The position numbers and the translations under genes were made by a program. Below, piece by piece: positions 1-9,188 of a DNA stretch of 64,000 nucleotides. This DNA is from an uncultured Lachnospiraceae bacterium (GTDB taxonomy: Bacteria > Bacillota > Clostridia > Lachnospirales > Lachnospiraceae). Where the stretch lies: assembly GCA_910577825.1 (NCBI GenBank), contig CAJTOK010000013.1, forward strand, positions 416-64,415, given 5' to 3'. Numbering within the stretch: position 1 is the stretch's first letter; every line of letters begins with the position of its first letter. The notes under the pieces were generated by a model. It ran no database searches. It was not told where the DNA came from and saw nothing but the letters and a program-made list of their open reading frames with translations.

Positions 1-2
1 AA

Positions 3-467
3 CTTGATAAAGCAGAAACATGCAGTTGCTGTGGCAAGCCAACGTTTATACGTTATAAAGGGCCTTTTTATTCATTGGAAGAACCGGGCTGCTTATGCCC
101 GGACTGTATTGCAAATGGCATGGCAGCAGAAAAATTTGACGGGGAGTTCCAGGATGAATGTTCTGTAGATGAGATAGATAATCCGGAGGGATTAGAGGAA
201 TTAATACATAAAACACCTGGTTACTGTGGCTGGCAGCAGGAATACTGGAGGGCACACTGTAATGATTACTGCGCTTTTATTGGCCATGCCGGCTCACAGG
301 AATTAAAAGAAATGGGCATTATGGAAGAAGTGCTTGATGACAGTTTATGGAATGAAACTGCCAAAGATAATATACGTAACAACATGTCTAATGGCAGCGG
401 CATTCAGGGATATTTGTTCAGATGCCTTCATTGTGGCAGATACCTGTTATGGACAGACTGTGATTAA
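3..467 (+). CDS. CbrC family protein (UPF0167), 5' end outside window
   Basis: Frame 3 is open from the window edge (LDKAETCSCCGKPTF...) into the listed 75..467 ORF, which starts on TTG. Cys pairs at both ends (CSCC, CPDC ... CLHCG) and overall size fit CbrC/UPF0167 from memory. Confidence 0.55.
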   Translation, partial: LDKAETCSCCGKPTFIRYKGPFYSLEEPGCLCPDCIANGMAAEKFDGEFQDECSVDEIDNPEGLEELIHKTPGYCGWQQEYWRAHCNDYCAFIGHAGSQELKEMGIMEEVLDDSLWNETAKDNIRNNMSNGSGIQGYLFRCLHCGRYLLWTDCD

Positions 468-536
468 AAGTTAAAAAATACCTAAAGACCTGTGCCAGCA
501 GGCATAAGGCTTTAGGTATATAAATTTACGGTCCTG

Positions 537-821
537 TTATTGTATGTTTTTTAATGCCTGTATACGCTGTCTGGTGTTCTCCTCAAATTCTTCATCAGAA
601 AATGAAGGGTCCCTTGTCTGCTTCCAGATATCACATGGCATTTTGCCACATTTGCCACAATCCGCAAGTCCTTTCTCATTAACAGTACAGTTATAAATAG
701 CACAGGTTGTTTCTTCTGGCAGGTAAAAAACTTTTCCTTTACATTCATTACAGCCTGTGCAATTTTCACCATAAAAATAGCATGTATTACATTCTGTTCC
801 ACATATACTTAAATTTCCCAT
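537..821 (-). CDS. DUF3795-type Cys-rich protein
   Basis: Internal ATG at 821 is preceded by a GGGGGAAA RBS. Product MGNLSICGTECNTCYFYGENCTGCNECKG...CGKCGKMPC has the repeated CxxC pattern of DUF3795. The longer 537..959 ORF would overlap the AraC gene. Confidence 0.6.
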   Translation of the reverse strand: MGNLSICGTECNTCYFYGENCTGCNECKGKVFYLPEETTCAIYNCTVNEKGLADCGKCGKMPCDIWKQTRDPSFSDEEFEENTRQRIQALKNIQ

Positions 822-861
822 ATTCTGGTTTCCCCCTGCTTTATAAACTAAGGCAATTATA

Positions 862-1743
862 TTAATTCCTGTTATGGAAGTATTGTATATTTCCGACATT
901 ATTTCTGGCATATTCCTTCGCTTTCTGTATACCCATTGTATGGAAGCGTTTAAACTCACGTATTAAATGGGACTGGTCAGTATATCCATATCTGTAAACT
1001 GCATCAAGAATATCCAGTTCCTTATTACTTAAAATTTCATTCCATAAGAACTGGTAACGGACAAGGTTTATAAGCTTCTTTGGCGTAATGCCTGCATATT
1101 CATTAAAAACCCTTTCTAACTGCCTGCTGCTTATAAAACAGCTGTCTGCAAGCCCTGCCACGTTTATTGCACCTTTCCCAAGGATAAGGTTTCCGGCTGC
1201 ATTGTCAATTATATTATTCTGCCTGGCATTTGGCATATATTTTAAAAATATTTCCTCTGCCATTACTGCCCGTTCTTCCAGAAAAGGTTTATGAAATAAC
1301 TGCTGCCTTATTATTCTGTCCAGCCAGCCAAATAAAAACTGCACATCACGGAATCTATTTATTGTTTCTTTCATGGAATCTTCAGAAAATTTGTATGCAG
1401 CCCAGGCATAAAAACGTATTGCAAACACAGAAACCAGATGTCCGTTTTTAGTATTATCTTTTTCATAAAAACCTGTATCATTTATTCCACAGAATATGCC
1501 GTCAATCTTGTTTTCTGTATAATCAATATAATAAATAATATCCGCACAGGTATCAGGGATAACAATATTTTCTGGTGTATCCTTTTTAAAATAAGGTTTT
1601 ATGCTTCCCCAGAAACAACGTATATACTTTGACAATCCCAAATTCTGCGGCAGCACTTCTTTATATTTTTCATCCTGCCTGAATGGTGCTGCTGTAACGG
1701 GAAAATAAAATAATTTATCCATAATATATAATCCACTTGCCAT
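862..1743 (-). CDS. AraC family transcriptional regulator
   Basis: C-terminal double HTH (SSRQLERVFNEYAGITPKKLINLVRYQ...YGYTDQSHLIREFKRFHTMG). Start codon uncertain (M1 or M8). Confidence 0.8.
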   Translation of the reverse strand: MASGLYIMDKLFYFPVTAAPFRQDEKYKEVLPQNLGLSKYIRCFWGSIKPYFKKDTPENIVIPDTCADIIYYIDYTENKIDGIFCGINDTGFYEKDNTKNGHLVSVFAIRFYAWAAYKFSEDSMKETINRFRDVQFLFGWLDRIIRQQLFHKPFLEERAVMAEEIFLKYMPNARQNNIIDNAAGNLILGKGAINVAGLADSCFISSRQLERVFNEYAGITPKKLINLVRYQFLWNEILSNKELDILDAVYRYGYTDQSHLIREFKRFHTMGIQKAKEYARNNVGNIQYFHNRN

Positions 1744-1765
1744 CTAGCCTGCAAACCAGATAGCA

Positions 1766-2350
1766 TTATTTTATAATTTTTGATACTTCCCAATCAGCAA
1801 ACAGTTGGGTAAGTTTATTTACACCAGTCATTCCCTTATGGATACCACAACTGTTTTTTTCATTATTCTGTTTTACACAACAATCTTTATGCCAGCATTC
1901 TCCCATCTGCCTGCCCTTCACACTCCATTCATCATTTTCTGTCAATTCATATGTGATTGCCTTAATTACTCTTTCTGTCGAATATCTTTTAAATCCCATA
2001 AGATATTCCTTTGTTTTCCTGTCCTCAATCCTGCCAATATCAATTCTGTGGTCTGCAACCGCACACAAAATCCTCTCCCTCATAGCAATTTTATCCTTCT
2101 TGCCTGTACCAGTCCATTCTACTAGCTTACTAAAGCTTAGAATAATATACTCAAAACAAATCATATCTAAAATCACAATCTGTTCATGGTACACTGCTGC
2201 CAGCTCCCTGAGCTCCAGATACTTATTCATAACATCCATATTGTCATAAACAATATCAAATGCAAGAAAATATTTGTCCGGCTGCTTCCAGAAGTCCCTG
2301 GTTGCTTCCTTTACTTTCAACAATAAATTCACAATGAAAAAGATGTTCAT
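1766..2350 (-). CDS. hypothetical protein, third gene of DUF4869/mini-ATPase cassette
   Basis: 194-aa ORF with a stop codon directly before its ATG. No motif recognised with confidence. It has a Cys/His-rich C-terminus (CWHKDCCVKQNNEKNSCGIH) and lies in an AT-rich block. Confidence 0.5.
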   Translation of the reverse strand: MNIFFIVNLLLKVKEATRDFWKQPDKYFLAFDIVYDNMDVMNKYLELRELAAVYHEQIVILDMICFEYIILSFSKLVEWTGTGKKDKIAMRERILCAVADHRIDIGRIEDRKTKEYLMGFKRYSTERVIKAITYELTENDEWSVKGRQMGECWHKDCCVKQNNEKNSCGIHKGMTGVNKLTQLFADWEVSKIIK

Positions 2351-2404
2351 TTACAAGTTCCCAAAAATGAAGCCCTGCTCCTGTGTCCTCTGTCCAGATA
2401 TATT

Positions 2405-2815
2405 TCATACAGCCACCAGTTCCCTTTTAAGCGACACCTTGTAATCATTCTCATAAAGCAGCATAAAACTTCCTTGTGATAAACCCAGTCCATCACAATT
2501 CCTGGCAAACAGCATATACTGGTTGCTGCAGTCAAAATTAATAAACCTTCTGTCTTCATTATCCAAAAGCAGGTCTGCATTATCAATCACGATAAATTTA
2601 TCCCTGCATTTTTTCAAATTATCATGAAATCCCTCAGTCTTATAATTAAACAATTTTATTGCCTTATACTCTTCTAACAGCCTTAAATCCTCCAGCATCT
2701 GGTAAAGATATGTCTTTCCAGTAGCACTGTCTCCCCTTACCAATGTAATCCGGTCAGCAAATTCCAGGGAATAAGAAAATGGAGCTGCATTAAATTTTAT
2801 GGTATTATAAATCAT
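2405..2815 (-). CDS. minimal P-loop ATPase (137 aa)
   Basis: ATG at 2815 is preceded by GAGAGGAGGGA. Walker A is GDSATGKT and Walker B-like is KFIVIDNADLL, only about 70 aa apart. It overlaps the stop of the upstream DUF4869 gene by 11 nt. Confidence 0.65.
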   Translation of the reverse strand: MIYNTIKFNAAPFSYSLEFADRITLVRGDSATGKTYLYQMLEDLRLLEEYKAIKLFNYKTEGFHDNLKKCRDKFIVIDNADLLLDNEDRRFINFDCSNQYMLFARNCDGLGLSQGSFMLLYENDYKVSLKRELVAV

Positions 2816-3257
2816 ACGAATCCCTCCTCTCATATTCCCTGGACCACCAATGTTCATAGCCTTTACTTCCAGTCACTATATCAGCACCATTAAAACAAAT
2901 TTCTACATCGTCTTTTATATGAATCCGTTCTGGTCTGGTCATATATAAAGAAATACCTTCCATTGAAAAAAGAATATCCAGTACATTTTTTCCACATTCA
3001 TTTGCATTTACTACCTTCCCAGGATTCTTCATAATATTAAGTATAGTTTTGCAGCCACTGGAAAGATTCCGTATTGTTCCCAGCCCATACTTTGTTTCTA
3101 TATGCTTATCCTTGTTTAATTTTGCATGGTCAATCTGCCAGATAAGTTCTCTGTCCTCTTCTGTGAATCTTTCATTACTTGTATATAAATTAAAATACAA
3201 GTCATTTTGTAAAATCCACTTGCCAGAATCCTGCTTATCTGTATAAAGATATATCAT
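2805..3257 (-). CDS. DUF4869 domain-containing protein
   Basis: MIYLYTDKQ...NLSSGCKTILNIM...VVNANECGKNVLDILF matches my recollection of the DUF4869 signature (LSGGxKTLxLM ... FNASxCGxN). Start chosen at the ATG after AAGGTGGTGG. Confidence 0.6.
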   Translation of the reverse strand: MIYLYTDKQDSGKWILQNDLYFNLYTSNERFTEEDRELIWQIDHAKLNKDKHIETKYGLGTIRNLSSGCKTILNIMKNPGKVVNANECGKNVLDILFSMEGISLYMTRPERIHIKDDVEICFNGADIVTGSKGYEHWWSREYERRDSYDL

Positions 3258-3415
3258 TCCAGCCACCACCTTATATATAATCTAATAAAACAGAATAATT
3301 TTATTTATTTTTCTGTCAATATATATTCTATTTTCTTGGGAATACCTTTTTCTTATTCCTTTATCTATTGTATTCATCAATTATTTCTTTACCAATGTAA
3401 ATATTGTTATATAGT

Positions 3416-3460
3416 TTTATAAAAAGGGGTATCAAAGGAATCTATTTCCCTTGATACCCC
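3416..3460 (-). terminator. intrinsic terminator after tpiA
   Basis: 10-bp stem GGGGTATCAA/TTGATACCCC (3426..3435 / 3451..3460) followed on the minus strand by TTTTTATAAAA. Confidence 0.75.
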
Positions 3461-3507
3461 CATTTGCCACATTCCTGAAGTATCAGATTTTTGCAAAAAA
3501 CCTGGTT

Positions 3508-4254
3508 TTAAGCATTTACAATATCGCCAAAGTCTTTTTTAAGTGAAGCACCGCCTATAAGCCCGCCGTCGATATCAGGTTTTGCAAGCAGTTCTTTTGC
3601 ATTTCCTGCATTCATTGAGCCACCGTACTGTATACGTACTGCTTCTGCTGTTTCTTCATCATAGATTTCAGCTATAAGGCTGCGTATCCCTTTGCATACT
3701 TCCTGTGCCTGGTCTGCTGTGGCTGTTTTGCCTGTGCCAATAGCCCAGATTGGTTCATATGCTATAACAAGGTTTTTAACCTCGTCTGCTGTTATTCCTG
3801 AAAGGTCTGATTTAATCTGTAAGCGTATCCAGTCCATAGTTACGCCCATCTCCCTCTGCTCTAATGATTCACCGCAGCAAAGGATTGGTGTAAGCCCTGC
3901 GTCAAATGCCTTTTTAACTTTTTTATTTAAGAGGCAGTCGCACTCCTTGAAATAATCACGGCGTTCTGAATGTCCGATAATAACATATTTAACACCTGCA
4001 TCTACAAGCATTGCTGCTGAAATTTCGCCTGTATATGCGCCGCTTTCTTCAAAATACATATTTTCAGCACCAACTTCTACATTTGTGCCTTTTACAGCAT
4101 TGACAACTGGCACAATGTCAACAGCAGGTACGCAGTATACTACATCCACATCATCATTTTTTACTAAGTCTTTTAATTCTTCTACTAAAGCAACTGCTTC
4201 ACTTGGAGTTTTGTTCATCTTCCAGTTGCCAGCAATAATTCTTCTCCTTGCCAT
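3508..4254 (-). CDS. tpiA: triose-phosphate isomerase
   Basis: [15 protein letters not shown]..., [22 protein letters not shown] at 4254 follows AGAAAGAGG. Confidence 0.95.
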   Translation of the reverse strand: MARRRIIAGNWKMNKTPSEAVALVEELKDLVKNDDVDVVYCVPAVDIVPVVNAVKGTNVEVGAENMYFEESGAYTGEISAAMLVDAGVKYVIIGHSERRDYFKECDCLLNKKVKKAFDAGLTPILCCGESLEQREMGVTMDWIRLQIKSDLSGITADEVKNLVIAYEPIWAIGTGKTATADQAQEVCKGIRSLIAEIYDEETAEAVRIQYGGSMNAGNAKELLAKPDIDGGLIGGASLKKDFGDIVNA

Positions 4255-4308
4255 TATAAACCTCTTTCTGTGCACATATGCACACAACTTATTTATTAAT
4301 AATAACCC

Positions 4309-5508
4309 TTATTTATCATCAGCTGCTGCTACGCCAGGAAGCTCCTTGCCCTCTAAAAATTCAAGGGAAGCGCCGCCGCCTGTTGAAATATGTGTCATTT
4401 TGTCACCAAAGCCTAACTGGTTTACAGCTGCTGCACTGTCACCGCCGCCAATAATTGTTGTTGCGCCTTCAAGCCCTGCCATAGCCTTAGCTACTTCAAC
4501 AGTGCCTTTGGCAAAGTTAGGCATTTCAAAACATCCCATAGGCCCGTTCCATACTACTGTCTTAGCACCTTTTATTGCATCAGCAAAAATCTTTGAAGAT
4601 TCCTCACCAATATCAAGGCCTTCCATGTCAGCAGGTATTTCGCCACGCCCTACAGTTTTGTAATTAGCATCATTTGAGAAATCATCTGCTGCAACAGTAT
4701 CAACAGGGATAAGAAGTTTAACACCCTTTTCTTCTGCTTTCTTCTCCATATCAAGTGCATACTGCTTGTAGTCTTCTTCAAGAAGTGACTTCCCGACTTC
4801 CTCACCATGTGCAGCCATAAATGTATAAGCCATGCCGCCGCCGATGATGAGTGTATCAACCTTGTCAAGAAGGTTGTTGATTACTGAAATCTTAGAAGAA
4901 ACCTTAGCACCGCCAAGAATGGCAACAAAAGGCCTTACAGGGTTGTTTACTGCATTGCCGAGGAAATCAATTTCTTTCTGCATAAGATAGCCAACTACAC
5001 AGTCACCCTCAACAAATTTTGTAACACCAACATTTGAACAGTGTGCCCTGTGTGCTGTGCCAAACGCATCATTTACAAATACATCACAAAGTGAAGCAAG
5101 TTCTTTTGAGAAAGCTTCACCGTTCTTTGTTTCCTCAGCCCTGTAACGTGTGTTTTCAAGAAGCACTACATCACCTTCAGCCATAGCTTCTACAGCAGCT
5201 TTTGCATTGTCACCAACAACGTTGTTATCTGCTGCAAATTTAACTTCCTGTCCTAAAAGTTCTGACATCCTTTTTGCAACTGGTGCAAGTGAGAGCTCAG
5301 GCTTTGGCTCTCCCTTTGGTTTGCCAAGGTGTGAGCAGAGAATAACCTTCCCGCCGTCTGCTATTAACTTTTTGATTGTAGGGAGTGCTGCTACAAGACG
5401 GTTTTCGTCTGTAATTTTGCCATCCTGTAATGGAACGTTGAAATCACACCTTACTAAAACTTTTTTACCCTTTACGTTGATATCGTCAACTGATTTCTTA
5501 TTTAACAT
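4309..5508 (-). CDS. pgk: phosphoglycerate kinase
   Basis: [27 protein letters not shown]..., [18 protein letters not shown]. Start taken at the conserved MLNKK. Confidence 0.95.
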   Translation of the reverse strand: MLNKKSVDDINVKGKKVLVRCDFNVPLQDGKITDENRLVAALPTIKKLIADGGKVILCSHLGKPKGEPKPELSLAPVAKRMSELLGQEVKFAADNNVVGDNAKAAVEAMAEGDVVLLENTRYRAEETKNGEAFSKELASLCDVFVNDAFGTAHRAHCSNVGVTKFVEGDCVVGYLMQKEIDFLGNAVNNPVRPFVAILGGAKVSSKISVINNLLDKVDTLIIGGGMAYTFMAAHGEEVGKSLLEEDYKQYALDMEKKAEEKGVKLLIPVDTVAADDFSNDANYKTVGRGEIPADMEGLDIGEESSKIFADAIKGAKTVVWNGPMGCFEMPNFAKGTVEVAKAMAGLEGATTIIGGGDSAAAVNQLGFGDKMTHISTGGGASLEFLEGKELPGVAAADDK

Positions 5509-5636
5509 AACCTGTACCAGGTCCCGCCAGCAAATGCCTGTATCCTGTCCGGGACACATCCTTTCTTCTTTTTTCTTTCACCTGCCAAAGCCTGCCGGGA
5601 CAGGCTTATGGATTATAATAAATTCCCCATACAGGG

Positions 5637-5671
5637 AAAAACGGGCCCGGTCCAATAAAAGACCGGACCCG
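5637..5671 (-). terminator. intrinsic terminator/attenuator between gap and pgk
   Basis: Minus strand CGGGTCCGGTC-loop-GACCGGGCCCG (11 bp, one G.U) followed by TTTTT. It lies about 60 nt after the gap stop. Confidence 0.6.
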
Positions 5672-5730
5672 TGCATGAAGCGTAATCCAGATATAATCTT
5701 TCCAGAAAACTTTTACTGGAAAAATTTTTC

Positions 5731-6747
5731 TTATGATAACTCTGAGAAGTATTTGATTGTCCTTACCATCTGTGATGTATAAGAATTTTCATTATCATAC
5801 CATGAAACTACCTGTACTTCATAAAGGCCGTCTGCAACCTTAGAAACCATTGTCTGTGTAGCATCAAAGAGTGAACCGTATCTCATGCCTACAATATCTG
5901 AAGAAACAATTTCATCTTCATTGTAACCAAATGATTCATTTGCTGCTGCTTTCATAGCTGCATTAATGCCTTCAACAGTTACGTCGTCTTTCTTAACTAC
6001 TGCTGTTAAGATAGTTGTTGAACCTGTAGGAGTTGGGACGCGCTGTGCAGAACCGATAAGCTTGCCGTTTAACTCTGGGATAACAAGGCCGATAGCTTTA
6101 GCTGCGCCTGTGCTGTTAGGAACAATATTAACTGCTGCAGCACGTGACCTTCTTAAATCACCTTTTCTCTGTGGGCCGTCAAGTGTCATCTGGTCACCTG
6201 TGTAAGCATGGATTGTTACCATGATACCTGACTGTACTTCTGCATACTTGTTAAGTGCATCAGCCATAGGAGCTAAACAGTTTGTTGTGCATGAAGCTGC
6301 GGAAATAATAGTATCATCAGCCTTTAATGTTTCATGGTTTGTATTGTATACTATTGTAGGAAGGTCATTACCTGCTGGTGCAGAAATAACTACCTTGCGT
6401 GCACCTGCATTAATATGTGCCTGTGCTTTTTCCTTTGATGTATAGAAACCTGAGCATTCAAGGACTACATCAACGCCAAGGTCGCCCCAAGGGCAGTTGT
6501 TAGCATCAGGGAACGCATAAATCTTGATTTCCTTACCATCAACTGTAATTGAATCCTCGCCTGCTGAAACTGTATCAGCCTTGTCATACTTACCCTGTGA
6601 TGAATCATACTTTAAAAGGTGTGCAAGCATCTTAGGGCTTGTTAAATCATTGATAGCTACTACTTCATAACCCTCTGCACCGAACATCTGTCTGAATGCA
6701 AGACGTCCGATACGTCCAAAACCATTGATTGCAACTTTAACTGCCAT
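5731..6747 (-). CDS. gap: type I glyceraldehyde-3-phosphate dehydrogenase
   Basis: [15 protein letters not shown]..., SCTTNCLAP active-site motif, WYDNE near the C-terminus. Confidence 0.95.
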   Translation of the reverse strand: MAVKVAINGFGRIGRLAFRQMFGAEGYEVVAINDLTSPKMLAHLLKYDSSQGKYDKADTVSAGEDSITVDGKEIKIYAFPDANNCPWGDLGVDVVLECSGFYTSKEKAQAHINAGARKVVISAPAGNDLPTIVYNTNHETLKADDTIISAASCTTNCLAPMADALNKYAEVQSGIMVTIHAYTGDQMTLDGPQRKGDLRRSRAAAVNIVPNSTGAAKAIGLVIPELNGKLIGSAQRVPTPTGSTTILTAVVKKDDVTVEGINAAMKAAANESFGYNEDEIVSSDIVGMRYGSLFDATQTMVSKVADGLYEVQVVSWYDNENSYTSQMVRTIKYFSELS

Positions 6748-6949
6748 TTTAAAAATTCCTCCTAAATATAAATATTTATACTATGCAGGCCTGTCCACTG
6801 TATAACCCTGGTGCCGGCTCCTTGTATTGCATGGGGCTGGCACTGGAAAAACCTGCCAGAATACTACCTGAAATATCCTTCCTTTCCTATTGTACCCAAT
6901 CTGGGGAAAAATTTCAAGGAAAATTTTTCAATACTTCATTATTTCCTCA

Positions 6950-9085
6950 TTACATGGACTGGCAAAGCCTTTCTTTTAACATGGTATTTCTTTTTGTTAC
7001 TGTAAGATTATTTACAGAATATGCAAGCGCTTTTTTTGTGCCAACTATTACAAGCACCTTCTTTGCCCTTGTAATACCTGTATAGACAAGGTTTCTCTGT
7101 AACATTATATAGTGTTCCATTAGCAGGGGCATAACCACTACCGGGTATTCCGACCCCTGTGCCTTATGTATTGTTGCAGCATATGCAAGCACAACCTCAT
7201 CAAGCTCTGTACTGTCATATTCTATATGCCTTCCATCAAAATTTATTATTAAAGTGTGGTCTTCAAGGTTTACCCTTTCTATTATCCCGGTATCACCATT
7301 AAAAACTTCTTTGTCATAATTATTCCTTATCTGCATTACTTTGTCATTTGCACGGAAAATATAGCCGCTGCGCCTTATTCCCGCACCTTCAGGGTTTAAT
7401 GCTTCCTGCAGTGCAAGGTTAAGGCTGGCTGTGCCTGTCTGTCCCCGCTGCAGTGGTGACAGTACCTGTATCTGTGAAGCCGGGATTTTATAATACTTTG
7501 GAAGGTTGTATTTTACAAGTGTTATAATCTCCTCTGCTGCCTGTTCTGGTGTTTCCTTCTGTATAAAGAAAAAATCTGTATTCCTGCCATTTGATATATC
7601 TGGCATCTTCCCCGCATTTATACGGTGTGAATTTATTATTATACGGCTGCTCTGTGCCTGCCGGAATATCCTGTCAAGTTTTATGACCGGGAACATGCCG
7701 CTGTCGATAATATCACGTAACACATTGCCTGGCCCTACAGAAGGAAGCTGGTCTATATCACCTGCCATTATAATGCGCATATTATCAGGTACTGCCTTTA
7801 AAAGCGCATTCATAAGCAGTATGTCAATCATTGAACATTCATCTACAATAAGCACATCACCTTCAAGCGGGTTTTCATTATTTTTCTGGTATCCCTCTGG
7901 CGGCTTGCATTCCAGCAGGCGGTGTATTGTCTTTGCCTCAATCCCCGTTGCTTCTGTCATGCGCTTTGCCGCCCTGCCTGTAGGGGCAGCAAGCAGTATT
8001 TTAAGCCCCATTTCCCGGTACATTGTAATAATGCCATTTGTAACAGTAGTTTTGCCAGTACCAGGCCCTCCTGTTAATACCATAACTTTTGCACTGGCTG
8101 CCTGCCTTATTGCATCTGCCTGCAGCCCGTCATATTTTATATTTAATTTCTTCTCTATGCTGCCTATATCTATGCCATGCCCTGTGGAAAAAATATTTTC
8201 TGCCTGTTTACTGGCCAGCTTAACCAGCTTTGAAGCAGTGCCTTTTTCAGCATAGCAAAAAGGAGGGAGGTATACCGCGTCATCTTCCTTAATTAAGTCC
8301 CCGTCTTTAACCATCTGGTCAATGGTCATTACAATATATTCTTTCCCTGCGCCAAGAAGTGCCGAGGCCTTTAAAAGAAGCTGTGCGTGCCTTGCATAAA
8401 CATGCCCGTCACCAGAGAGCTCCCCAAGTGTATACATAATGCCGCTTCTAAGCCGTATATAGGACTGGCTGTCCACGCCAAGTTTTGCAGCAATTATATC
8501 TGCTGTTTTAAAACCTATGCCCCATATATCATCAGCAAGGCAGAACGGGTTTTCTTTAACCTTTTCAATGCTTTTATTGCCATACTGGGCATAAATCTTT
8601 GCAGCAAACGAAGTACTTATGCCGTTTTCCTGTAAAAACAGCATAATATTTTTAACTTCTTTCTGCTTCTCCCAGCTTTCTTGTATCATTTCCACGCGTT
8701 TCCTGCCAATGCCGCTGACATTTAACAGCCTGTCTGTATTATTTTCTATAACAGAAATTGTATCTGTGCCAAACTCCTGTACGATTTTCTTTGCATATTT
8801 CGGGCCAATCCCTTTTATAAGGCCGCTTCCAAGGTATTTCTCAATGCCATAAACCGTTGCTGGAAGGGTTTCTTCCCATTTTTCTGCCATAAACTGCCTG
8901 CCATACTTGGCGTCTATCTTCCAGTTTCCTTCCACAATAAGGACAGAACCAACATTGGCATCCAGCAAATTGCCTACTACGGGCACAAGTTCCCTGTAAC
9001 CTTTCACACTTGCTTTAAGCACAGTATATCCATTCCCTGGATTCTGGTATGTAATACGTTCTACTACACAACGGATTTTTACCAT
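6950..9085 (-). CDS. recD2: SF1B RecD2-type ATP-dependent DNA helicase
   Basis: Walker A GGPGTGKTT, DECSMID, GDIDQLPSVGPG, TIHKAQGSE. ATG at 9085 follows GGGGAGGGG. Confidence 0.85.
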   Translation of the reverse strand: MVKIRCVVERITYQNPGNGYTVLKASVKGYRELVPVVGNLLDANVGSVLIVEGNWKIDAKYGRQFMAEKWEETLPATVYGIEKYLGSGLIKGIGPKYAKKIVQEFGTDTISVIENNTDRLLNVSGIGRKRVEMIQESWEKQKEVKNIMLFLQENGISTSFAAKIYAQYGNKSIEKVKENPFCLADDIWGIGFKTADIIAAKLGVDSQSYIRLRSGIMYTLGELSGDGHVYARHAQLLLKASALLGAGKEYIVMTIDQMVKDGDLIKEDDAVYLPPFCYAEKGTASKLVKLASKQAENIFSTGHGIDIGSIEKKLNIKYDGLQADAIRQAASAKVMVLTGGPGTGKTTVTNGIITMYREMGLKILLAAPTGRAAKRMTEATGIEAKTIHRLLECKPPEGYQKNNENPLEGDVLIVDECSMIDILLMNALLKAVPDNMRIIMAGDIDQLPSVGPGNVLRDIIDSGMFPVIKLDRIFRQAQSSRIIINSHRINAGKMPDISNGRNTDFFFIQKETPEQAAEEIITLVKYNLPKYYKIPASQIQVLSPLQRGQTGTASLNLALQEALNPEGAGIRRSGYIFRANDKVMQIRNNYDKEVFNGDTGIIERVNLEDHTLIINFDGRHIEYDSTELDEVVLAYAATIHKAQGSEYPVVVMPLLMEHYIMLQRNLVYTGITRAKKVLVIVGTKKALAYSVNNLTVTKRNTMLKERLCQSM

Positions 9086-9188
9086 ACAGATTAGCCCCTC
9101 CCCTGAAAAATAATAATTCCAGTCCATAATAATAGCCGTGGCTGCTTTTGGGATATTTTACCACATTTTTCTGGCATATACCAGCACT

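Noticed and set aside
2347-2586. 79-aa ORF overlapping the 3' end of the mini-ATPase and ending in ATGA at the next gene's start; considered as evidence of a frameshifted longer gene
   Set aside because: The Trp/Cys-rich translation has no protein-like features. The ATPase frame is intact through its own stop, so no frameshift needs to be invoked.
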